From Marsupella aquatica (taxonomy: Eukaryota; Plantae; Marchantiophyta): DNA of 64,000 nt. The notes beneath the pieces were generated by a model. That model was not told the DNA's origin. It saw nothing but the letters and a program-made list of their open reading frames with translations, and did not search any database. Position numbers and translations under genes: made by a program. The stretch covers positions 8,358,184 through 8,422,183 of the forward strand of contig OZ316895.1 of the NCBI GenBank assembly GCA_973895155.1. Reading direction: 5' to 3'. Position 1 is the first letter of the stretch, and each line of letters starts with the position of its first letter. Shown piece after piece: positions 25,676-36,672 of this stretch.

Positions 25676-25986
25676 TCTGAGTAATAGTAATTCTTCAGTG
25701 ATCCCCCCACCCTTTGCTTCCTCGCAACCATCCCTTGCCCTCCTCCCCCTCCCCCTCCCCCTCCATTCTCCAATCTGGGTCGGACTCGGACTCGTTCATC
25801 TCTCTCCCTTTTCCTCATCAGCGGACTCTCCATGACGCGTCGCTGAAGATCATCATCTAGATTCATCATAGTCTGCGGCATTGTTGTTGCCACAACAACA
25901 CCTGTAGACGATTTGGCCTGTTCCGAATTATCATTGCCATCCTTACCTTCTTCTTCCTCCTGCTCCCTTGCGCTTCCCCTGATCAT
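24019..25986 (-). CDS. F-box protein with kelch/beta-propeller-like C-terminus, ~514 aa. Exons 25986-24998 and 24574-24019
   Basis: F-box FSKLPDHLIESVLARLPVQSVFRFRSVCRAW, plus ADGGLVC, VCNPLTK, MEVYDS and C-terminal EGIIYEPRLD. A GT-AG intron joins IIPAR/YPKRRPVYGNG in frame. The start codon is uncertain. Confidence 0.85.
25642..25680. repeat. (GAGCCT)n coding repeat (Ser-Gly tract in the F-box protein)
   Basis: Hexamer repeat encoding SGSGSGSGSGS on the - strand. Confidence 0.85.
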
Positions 25987-27463
25987 CACTCCTAACCCTA
26001 TCCTTCGTTCTTTGCCTAACGGCCCACATTCACTCACCTGCCCCTCCTGCTGCCACTGCCGGATTCTTTCACTTCAGGACTTTCTGCTGAGTCCCGTTGG
26101 CAGACCGTCTCATTACTTGGGGAGGCAGGCGGACGAGTGTAGAGAATTCACAGCACAGCAGAGGTCACCAAAGTGTCTCACCAGAATGTCTCAGCACGAA
26201 ACTGGACTCATGAGCAGAAATATGTTTCAGCCAGATTCAGCAGTTATCTGCGCTGGCTGAGCATTGAGCAGGTGAAAGAGCACTTAAGAAAGAATTCATC
26301 GCTGCAACCGGTGATTCGTTCATACTGCTCGGAAGAGCGCTCCAATCATATACCATCCCATACACAGGGAAATGCTCCACCAATTGGGAAGAGCTGGATC
26401 AAATTCCTCCCCGGCTAGAACACAATTCCTCTTCCAGCTAACTTGTGCATTACTGACTGTCACCAGTCATCATTCTCCACCCAATTGCTCAATCAGAAAC
26501 AGACAATGCCCGATTGCGAGATCTCAGGTCGTGAGGAAGGGAGAAACCCACACCCACCTGAGGAAGAGCACTGTCGAGTTTTGCCCACAAATTCCAATTC
26601 AACTGAGAATTCTCCGACGCCGCCCCTCTCGAAAGATCATAGCTCTAGCAACGGAACAACAATCTGATAGCGAGATCTCAGGTCGAAGGAAAGCATTAAT
26701 CCATTTGCCCCTAAATTCCAATCGAACTCAGATTTCTCCAAGTTTCTCCTCTTGAAAAACTCTCCTCTAGAAAAACTCAGACAGCCAATTACGGATCTAA
26801 TTCCAGCTGCCAAACTCCTCAGATAGTCTCCGAGGCAATGAGATGTGTGGCAAGTCTCCTGCTGAGACCAGTCGTTGAAACAAACAAAGAATGAGGTAAA
26901 GAGTAATTAACATTTGGAAGTTCTAGAATTGATGTATCACTGTTTTGCATTAAATGTTAGATTATTAGGGGTAGAGTTAGAGACTCTTGTAAATTTATAA
27001 ATAACAAGAAAATTACGCGTCACTGGGCATTTCATGTTCGTTGGATTTTATTTATCGATGGTGTAGATCGTGCAACGTGGGTTGTCACTCGTGTGATGGT
27101 TGAGAACACACGTGTGACTAACATGAAGAATATTGATCGTTTCTATGCACAAATGATACATGTTTTATGGTGCCAAATTCTAATCTAAACTTGGATAGTA
27201 CATAAGGCAAAAATGTGACAAGAATTATTTAGAACCATTGACAGTGTTTTATCAATGGTCAGCACTGTGTAAAGTGTACTTTGCTTTGTGGGCCACTTGA
27301 TCATTTTTGTCTGTCATTGATATGTGTTATTTTACATGTCACAATGCAGATTTATCTATCGTGTTTAGTGCAAGATCTTGAGCTGTTGGCACGCCACGAT
27401 CAACATTCCTGAGCTTTGCATTTTTGCGATAGATTGGTGAGAGGTAAATATTCTCTATGAGCT

Positions 27464-30400
27464 ATGTCTTTACTTTTATTAAACCTGCATCGGGAAATTG
27501 CGCGACAACAAACATTTAATCTGCAAAGGAATTCAACTAGACTGTCTGCAAGGCATTGGCCGAATGTTGATATCTTATGTAGGGAATGGAAGGGCCTATG
27601 TCAGAAAACCATTTGGAACATGGAAGTCTGTGGAAATTGTGGATTTGTATGTTATAGAAATAACTTAGAACGGAAATTGTTTGAAATTGTGCGTGTAGAT
27701 AGTACAGGAGTAGCTCCGTATGCATATTGTAATGCATTTCTAATACCTTACATACACGTTGATAACGTGCATTACAATATATGCATGGCTTGTGTAAAGG
27801 ATAGAGGTAGAGGAAGTCTATTATCCTTCATGTCACCTTCATATATTAGGTCTATTCCGGGGTCTATTCTAAAAGCAAAACCCCTGTATCTACAACTCTT
27901 ATCTTTAATAGATTGTGGATTGGGGATAATAAACAAGTTTAATGGGTTTCATTCAGGTTTTGTATGCAACGAGAGCTTACTAGATAGTCCACTTATTTGT
28001 TGGAATCTGGATACATTACAGTGTAATAATATTGGTATGATTATGAATCAGGTTTACGAGGTGTTTGCGACTAACTTGCTTGTTAACAAACTATTTAAAA
28101 GATATTTCTGTCTGCTTGAAACGTCGGATCCTTCACTTGGAGTTTGTATTCTAACACCTAATGCAGTGCACAATATCTTAGAAACGCAAAGAGAAACAAA
28201 GATTACAACTTATTCTATGACAGTCAATCCGTATGATCCAGATATTCAAATACTTCATGATGTGTCATATTCAATACCTATATCTAGGAAGCGTAAGTAT
28301 GATCTTTTTGAGTCTGGAAACCTGCACTGTAAGAATGCTTTATTACTATGAGAGCCAATGGTGACTAACGGGGACGGTGTGTCTGAAGACCACGATGTGA
28401 CATTGGAGACAACAATGTTTCCATTTTTATTCCCTTATCAACATGGTCATTACCGCGGTGGTATAACATTTGCTGAGTATATTAAGAGAATAACTCAACA
28501 ATTGTTTAGTCCATTTACATTGTACAAACCATATATGCTTATTAGTTACCAACTACGACAGTCGATACAGCTAGCTTCAATGACAAAAACTTATATATTA
28601 GATAAAGAGTATAATACACTTAGAAGCGTTAAACCAAACCTAACAGAAGAGGAAATTTTCCGATTGATGATAAAGCAGAATATATCATGCTCAGTCCCGG
28701 GTAGTCTAGGTTGGCATAGTCGTCATTTGAAGGACCTGATGTGCATGGTTCAGTACTGGGGTTTGCCTTCTTTTTTCCTCACTCTTACTTGTGATGACGT
28801 GAGCCCTACTAGATGGGTAGAGATTGATGACCTAGAGAAAGTTGTAAAGTATATCAATGCAACCTCAACATGGAAAGATTGTCCTGTAGAGTGTGCAATG
28901 ATATTCCATACCTGTGTTCAAAGTTTTCTGAGAAGGTACATTCTCTGCGGTGAAAATGGTGTCTTAGGAAAAGTGGAACATTACATTGCCCGGTATGAAT
29001 GCCAAGGTAGGAACTCTTTGCATGCACACATTCCGCCTTGGTGTACTTTAGATGATGTAGATAGGGTCAGTAGTGAGATCTGTGCATACATTCCAGCTCA
29101 TTTTGATGATAGTTCTGGTAAGTTTATTGAACAGTTTGATAACCCGATGACTAAATTATTGTATGGATATGTCACTTCAAAGCAACTGCATCGTTGCAAA
29201 GGAAGGAGTGTGTATTCATACTGATAGCGATACCGATTTACAATATTGTAAAATGGGTTTTTTGCATGAACCACACATGGAGAAGAGTCCTTCTATTGAC
29301 CCTCGAAGCGGAAAATGGCGATATTTTTGTCCAGGAGTGGAACACAGAAATGTTGTTCCATATCATCCTGTCATTTTATCATTGTGGGGTGCCCATATGA
29401 ACCTCCAAAGAGTGACAAATGAAGCATGGTCTTTCTACCTACTTAAATATGCTATCAAATGTGAACCAATGGGTTCATTGAATATTAATCTTGAAAATGC
29501 TAAGTCTTTAGGATTAGATGCATTGAGTCATACCCAGTTAAAGTTGGTTTCCAATGTTGTTCTGTCAAGATCTATTTCTTCTACAGAAGCAACACTAACG
29601 TGTTTACAAATTTCTACTATAGATAAATTATCATCGGTCACTCTTGTGGATTCCTCTCCACCAGATAGACGTACTTCTCTATATCGAAAAGCTTCGGTAG
29701 TCTATCTTCACCCTACCCAGGTATATGCTTTGAGACCTTTGAGGTTAGGAAACTTGTCATTCTATGAGTATTTTCGGAATTATGAAGTGTTGCCTGAGAA
29801 AAGTAGAGAAGCAGATTTTGTGGATGTAGACTTTCAAGGGAACTATGTGTTCACTACTACTAAGTTGGTATGCTTTTCAGACTTTCACCCTGTGTACCAT
29901 TCTAATCAATTTTTTTTATAATGTTCTTCAATCTTAGACATGTACATTTTCGGTCTGAAGTTGAGCTATTGCTTAGGACAGATTTTGATTGGACATATCT
30001 CCATGAATGTGTGTATCGGAAATTAATTAGTTGTGATATTAAGGATATAGAAAACCTGATATGTGATTACGTAGATAAACACCTATACTCTTCTCTGTAC
30101 AAAGCAGAGATGATTGTAAAAATTAAGAGTCGTATTCCACCCACATTGTGGGATGAATCATTTGCAGGTCCTTATGTAGTTTCAAATAGATCTTTAAGAC
30201 AATCTGAAGTTCAGACAACTACCATTAGACCACAACACTTGTCTTTAAGTGATTTTACTCTGACTTGTGATCAGTCAGAAGTGTTCTTGAAACTGAAATC
30301 TCAAAAGAGTGGTCTACATATGATTACAGGTTCCCCTGGAACAGGTAAAACCTTTTTTATGGGTTTTATGAAGAGCTATTGGGAGCAACAAGGAAAGAAC

Positions 30401-32233
30401 GTGCTTTTAACATCCACTACAGCAGTTGCTGCAATTAGACTAGATGCTTCGGCAACGACTGTCCATCATGCATTCAAAATACCAATTAGAGGAGCTTTAT
30501 TACCGTTGCATAGAAGTAATAGTATTTTTGATTCTTTGGCTTCTTCTCATGTTACAATTATTGATGAATGTAGCATGCTTACACCAAAAATCATGAAAAG
30601 CATAGCTTCATGATTGCATGAAGTTCTTCAAGGTAACGATCGCAAAAATGATCCATTTACAGTGAAGCTAATTGTTCTGGTAGGAGATATGTATCAATTG
30701 CCTCCTGTGTGTAATCATGAAACTAAGTATATATGTACTCAGTGTCATTTATCTTCGTATTCATTATACAAACATATGCAACGGTATCACTTGACATCTG
30801 TTATTCGTCAAGCATCTGACCCTCAATTCTTAACTTTCTTAAATTCTATCCGTCTAACTAATCCTAGTCAACATGCAATAGACGACTGCCTGCAACAATG
30901 TTTTCTCTGAACAAGAAGGATACAGATTTGTTGACGAGAATACTAAGATTATTTGTTCGCATAGAGATAACGTGGCTAAATATAATACAATGTGTTTACT
31001 AACTTTTTTTCCTATAGATCATATAGTAGAAGTTAATGTCCATACAAATGCTCCTGCTGAGAGTGGTCAAAAGCAATGGATCTCTGACACAAAGTTTCAT
31101 CAACTAACACATATAGCTATTGGTTGTAGAGTTTTATTGACTGACAATATTGATATTTCAAATGAAGCTGCTAACGGTAGTAGTGGAGAAGTACATGATT
31201 TGCTTTTTGATGAGAATGACTTGTCTACAATAATTGTTAAACTGCATATAGCATGCTCATCCTGGAACATGCTTTACTTTTTGTCTTGTAATGATATTAA
31301 GTGGACAAAATTAAAGAGTAAGACTAGAATACATATTAAATGTGAATGAAATCAAATAATATAAATAAAGTACATACAATAAAAGCACATAGTGACCAAT
31401 GGAAAGTACAATTTCATTACACAAAGTTGCTACGAGTTGTGCACAATGAAATCAAATAATATAAATAAAGCACATGCAATAAAAGCACATAGTGACCAAT
31501 GGAAAGTACATTTCTATTACACAAAGATCCTACGAGTTGTGCACGTATTTCAGTGTCTTATTAATGACTCTTATTCAATAAAAACCATAAACTTAGGAAA
31601 GAAAGCCACAAGGGGAGCTTAAGACAAAATGTGCTGACATTTCTTAGAATCATTCCTCTCACTCATGAGTATACTTAAAAGCGGTAGAAAATGAAACCCT
31701 TAGTTTCTCTCTAGGACTTAACAAAGTTTACAAATTAAGGGGGCTGCCAAAATAAATTCAAAACACTATAGAATACCAAAAATTTAAAGGGGTCCAAAAA
31801 TGAATCAAAGGTACATTAAAATAAAAATTCATGATACACAAATATGAATAAGACAAAACATGAGAGTTGGATTCACCATATAGTATAGCAGCTTCATAAA
31901 TCTAGCTTTTTGATGAGAATGACTTGTCTACAATAATTGTTAAACTGCATATAGTAACGGCAAACTAGTAAGAGTTGTGAGATCTTGTACTAAATACAAA
32001 AGAATCAAGAACATGATAGTTACCAGAAGTCAACATTTCCACTAATGTTAGGATATTCGATGACTGGACATAAATCACAAGGATGTACTTTAACTGAAAA
32101 AGTTCTGGTTGTGCTGACTGAAGCGTTTGCTCCTGGTCTAACATATGTGATGTTGAGTCGTGTTACAAATAGGAAGAATTTAAAAATTGTGGGTAAGTTA
32201 TCTCCTTTGGATTTTACTGTCTACAGAGAATGA
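27464..32233 (+). pseudogene. Helitron-type Rep/Pif1-helicase gene, disrupted by frameshifts, a stop and an insertion
   Basis: Rep motifs FPFLFP, WGLPSFFLTLT, ECQGRNSLHAH (HUH) and YLLKYAIK. Pif1 motifs GSPGTGKT, IIDECSM, GDMYQLPPV, IRQASDPQF, GYSMTGHKSQG and YVMLSRV. They are spread over consecutive ORF fragments. Confidence 0.92.
31252..31904. mobile_element. 653-bp insertion inside the helicase gene, flanked by 50-bp direct repeats
   Basis: gctttttgatgagaatgacttgtctacaataattgttaaactgcatatag occurs at 31202-31251 and 31905-31954. The insert is A-rich with an internal ~100-bp tandem duplication (~31345-31545). Confidence 0.85.
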
Positions 32234-32258
32234 GATGTAGTAAGTTGGGGAATGACAT

Positions 32259-33116
32259 GTGCAATCTTTTGAAATGGCACCAAAGAGGAACTTGCACAAC
32301 ATAGAGATCTTGAAAGCAATTGAGAATGTTGTTTTCAATTACGGAAATGGTACACAACAATCTCCAGTCAACTTGGCATCTGAATTGTCGCCTGAAGTGA
32401 AAGTAAGAGCAACGGCAACAGAACACGGAACCCCGATAGCCGAAGAGTTTTTACGAATGATCCTTGTTGATATCAAGGATGAAGACACAGAAGATAAAGG
32501 GGAGGAACCAATGAAGGAGCCTACACCAAAACAAATTTGTTATGCAGATTCATTGGGGATAGAGATGACAGAGTGGGAAGGTGGTATAAGTGTGAAAGGC
32601 ATGAGTCCTCTCATTGAAGCTAAAAAGGAATGGCAACAAATGTTTTTGGATATGCATGGAGAGTATCCAGCATGTGGTATGAATCTTACTTTCTAAATTG
32701 TTTAGCTATATATACATGGCAAATTCTTTTTACTAGATTATATAATGTGTGATTCTTATGTACATCTGGACTTGTGTGCAAGCATTGTAAAAGAATGTCT
32801 ACGTTACAAACATGTTTCATTTGATAATGAAACACTGACAAGGAAAGAGAGCATGAAAATACTTAAATGTCATACAAGAGGAGCAGCGATAGATCAGTTG
32901 AGACAGCTACATCATTCATTCAAAGTACCTGTGGACATTTTGGTCAATTTGGCAGCAAACCAGACAGGGAAAGTCATTGCTCGAATGAACAACAAACGAG
33001 ATGCAGGTGCATTACGAGATATTCCTAAGCGTTTTTTGTTTGATGATGGTGCTACTTCTAGCTTTCCTGGAAGTATTAAGATAGAAGTATCTCCAGGAAA
33101 ATGTAAATGTACATAG
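32259..33116 (+). CDS. Two short hypothetical ORFs (32259-32696 and 32745-33116) directly downstream of Rep/Hel
   Basis: Stop-free 145 and 123 aa ORFs in AT-rich DNA, co-oriented and closely packed after the helicase. No recognised domain. Confidence 0.35.
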
Positions 33117-33229
33117 AACACATACGTTTTAACTACATGTAGTGTTATGTGGATGCTATCATAAGCATGAGACTATTTGCTACTTTAATTTGTGGAGATC
33201 AGCACACAAAAAACATTTCACCACACTAT

Positions 33230-34446
33230 ATATTGTACTACCTTTTAAGTACATGACTAATTTGGTGACAGAAAAAGTAATTGCTTGAGTGAATAGTCCA
33301 TGCTAAATTCCATGGCAAAGTGGTCCCGGATGACCATGTAGTAGTGTTGTTGAATATAGTGATTGTATCTGATTGTAATTTGTCATTTCCGAATAGAGAC
33401 GATGATCCACCTCAGGAAATAATTGCAGATGCAGTAGGATCTTTTGTGCTCTGGCCATCAAAGTGTGTTAGTCTGTAGTGACTGAATGCAAGTGTAGTTA
33501 GAATCAAGTGAATTGTGTCACATTTTGACATTGCCTTGGAAAGATCCAAGAAATATCTGTACCAATTTTTCCATTTGGTAAAGAGGATGAAGGAGCCATT
33601 GTGTGTGACATTGATATTTCTGAATTCTGTATGTATGAAACAAGTGATTGATGTGTGTGACATTGATATTTCTGAATTCTGTATGTATGAAACAAGTGAT
33701 TGATGTGTGTGACATTGATAGTTCTGAATTCTGTATGTATGAAACAAGTGATTGATGTCAAACTATAGCTCTATGGTGATTGTCTATGATACTTGAATCT
33801 GTTTTGTATCATTTCAGTATTAGTGTGTATGGTATAGAGGAATACTTTGTGACCTTCTTTGTAGTCTATGATGTTTGAATCTGTGAATTCATATTAGTGT
33901 ACATGGTATAGAAGATGGCTTTCTGAAACTCTGAGTTCTAATGTTAACATGATGAATGGTGAGCTTATAGAGTGAGTTCATTCCAAGTACACAATAAAAT
34001 ATGAATGGAATGTGTTATTTGTGCACAAGAGTGAGTTCATTCCAAGTAGTATAGTGGGGTCTTCATCACTCATATCCAGTTGACATGAAAGACTTATACA
34101 TACCCCACAAAGTGTTTACTTTAGTCATTTTATAAACCCACAAAGTATATTTAAAGACTACCCTCCATAACCTTTCTAGTCGTTCCCAACGACTCACCAT
34201 CGCAGCCTATAAAAAACTGAAAACGACTCACCAAAGCTACCCACACAAAGACTACAATAGACTGAAAATCCAGTCTATTAAACGACTTACAAACCAGTTC
34301 TATAAAGGACTCAGTTGATTATAGTAACAAAACATACGACTCGCAGTCCTGTAAAGGACTGGAGTCCTTCCCAATCGTTTCCAAGTCCTATACGGTACTG
34401 AATAGTCGTTTAATGGGGTCTAAATACCCCCCAGTTTCTACTAGTG
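33230..34446 (+). mobile_element. 3' end of a CACTA (En/Spm) transposon
   Basis: Translation near 33300-33478 gives AKFHGKVVPDDHVVV...FPNRDDDPPQEIIADAVGSFVLWPSKCV*, a Tnp1/En/Spm ORF2-type C-terminal domain. Subterminal (AC)GACTC-type repeats lie at 34150-34410. The terminus tttctactagtg is the reverse complement of CACTAGTAGAAA. Confidence 0.72.
33601..33758. repeat. 52-bp tandem repeat, 3 copies
   Basis: gtgtgtgacattgatatttctgaattctgtatgtatgaaacaagtgattgat occurs three times with one substitution. Confidence 0.95.
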
Positions 34447-34954
34447 CTATGACAATTATATCTTTGTGAGACAATCTAGATTACTGCATTTTGAGTAGTA
34501 CTGTGAATTTGATTGGACTGTTAATTTAAATGTGTTTCAGGTGAAGAATCTGGTTGCAATTCATGTCACAGTAGTGTTATGACTATTTATAGCATGAATA
34601 CTAGTACTCAAACTGAATGCATAGACAATCCAAGAATTCATCGTAGTGGGCTAGTCAGCGGAGGTTGTGAAGGAAAAGCCATGTATCGATGGAAATATGA
34701 TCGGTTGTTGAAAATGTTTTTCAAGCCAACATTCCAGGAAGAAGAGGCTCGTATGGAACTTTTGGAAGAGCTTTGGGATGTTTATCAAATAGTTGAGAAT
34801 AGAAGTTGTCAAAAATGTAGTGCAAAATAGACTGAAAAAAATGTTTTTAATCATTTGTAAAGGTCTAGCAATGTTAAGTTTTGATGATCACTACTAGAGA
34901 CTACAAAGAAATCATTTTTGAAAGATTTATAAGTGGATGTACAATCTAACAAAT

Positions 34955-36350
34955 TTAAGCATTTCTATGATTCCTTTGTAACAATCTATCCAGTTTTTTA
35001 TTTATTGTAAGAGCACCTACATAAGTGGCATTACTAGTTGAGCTCCTGTATGCCATGCCATGTACAACATCACTACGGAAAGCAAAGAGGTTGCCATCTT
35101 CAATTCCCAGACGCATTCCATATTCAGGAATTACAAATCGATTGGCAAAATTGTTGAATCTGGATGACTAGCATAACATAATGTAAACTCTGTCGTGTCT
35201 TCATCTTCGTGCATTTTGGTGCAGAAATCTTTGCTGATGTAAAGTTGATAAGAGCTTGGCCCTTTACTTTTCAATTCTTTCTCAAAAAATGACATATCGT
35301 GGTCTTCAGGAGCAAGATATTGGTGGGAGTATTTGAAATAACTTTCCAACACTGTAGGGCACCACCACATATAGAGAGCCAAAATGATGTTGACAAGCTC
35401 AAGATGAGAGTACTTATCAACTAAATCCTCAAAAGCGGAAGTCATGGATTGTACACAGTCTGTTAAGAGATGCCTGATTTTTGTTTTGTGAGTATAAAAA
35501 GATACTCTTTTGGACTTGTATGGATTATCAAAAGGACCAAATCCTGTCATGTAACTCTCGATGATGCCTTGTTTTTTTCCCCTTTTAATCTCGTAATGTG
35601 AATCAAATAAGGAAACTAATAAACTTTGAATGAAACTCATAGTTTCACATGATAGTTTTTGATGGCGTACAACCACTGCTATAAGATAAGGCTTGGATCC
35701 TGACCTATCGTAAAAATATGTACAGTTACGGGTTTTGTCCATAATCACAAAATCATTAGGGAAATCCCTAAATATAAACCCAACATTAGCAGAGGAAGAA
35801 CTAGTCTTCTTACCATTCCATGTTCCAAGGATGCACCCTTGTAATGTGCAACATGAGAGGAAGAGATACGATGGACAATTACTTCTACTTTAGAAAACAA
35901 ACTACTTGTAGCACAAGAGGCTTCTTGAACTTTTCTCATAGTTTGAAGTTTTCTTTGAGTATAGTGAGAAAACATTCCAATGAACTGACATATGGGTTTT
36001 GGTAAGTTCAACCTACATTGATGATTGGAAAAAATTTCATCAATTTCTTTCCATGTATCCGGACAGAACATAGGAACTTCATTTTGTCTTTCCTTGCAAT
36101 TTTTATACCCATTCTAAAGTATAGCTTTGGAAAACTTTGAGGATCTATTGAGCGTGATATTGAGTACTTTTGTAACAAAAAGTACAAGAACTTTTTCGTC
36201 TCTTAGAATCCAAGACAATGCAAACCTTTCTTTTCCAAAGTGCAATTTGCTCAAGTATACCCAAATTTGAACAAATAAATTAATAGAGAAATCATCTCCC
36301 CATGCTTCACATTTATTTTCAATCAGGTGAGTTTTTTTTCGTTTGACCAT
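34955..36350 (-). pseudogene. TET/JBP-like 2OG-Fe(II) dioxygenase gene, disrupted (one in-frame stop, about two frameshifts)
   Basis: Reconstructed C-terminus ...YMTGFG...SFY...QLYISKDFCTKMHEDEDTTEFTLCY...(frameshift ~35150)...FANRFVIPEYGMRLGIEDGNLFAFRSDVVHGMAY...TYVGALTINKKL...*. The HxD His is at 35209-35211 and the distal His at 35060-35062. Confidence 0.62.
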
Positions 36351-36380
36351 CTGCAAGAAAACAAAAATTATTAAGTTCAT

Positions 36381-36672
36381 AAAGTTACAACTTGGGTCAA
36401 ACAAGACGCCAACTCTTACAGATGTGTGTACAAGAATGATTTAATTTGTACCTTTAAAAAAAAATTAAAACATATATTTTTAGGTTTGTAAAGTTACAAC
36501 GCGGGTCAAACAGTACACCGACCCTTTTGGATGTGTGTACCGGAATGCCTTAATTTGTAACTTTTCATAGTTTTTCTCAAACATATTTTTTAGGTTTGTA
36601 AAGTTACAGCTGAGGTCAAACAGTACACCGACCCTTTCGGATGTGTGTACCAGAATGCCTTGATTTGTAACT
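36381..36672. repeat. Three ~110-bp tandem units with internal inverted repeats
   Basis: Units begin aaagttaca at 36381, 36490 and 36600, contain ggtcaaaca..gatgtgtgtac and end tttgta(ac). Confidence 0.85.
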
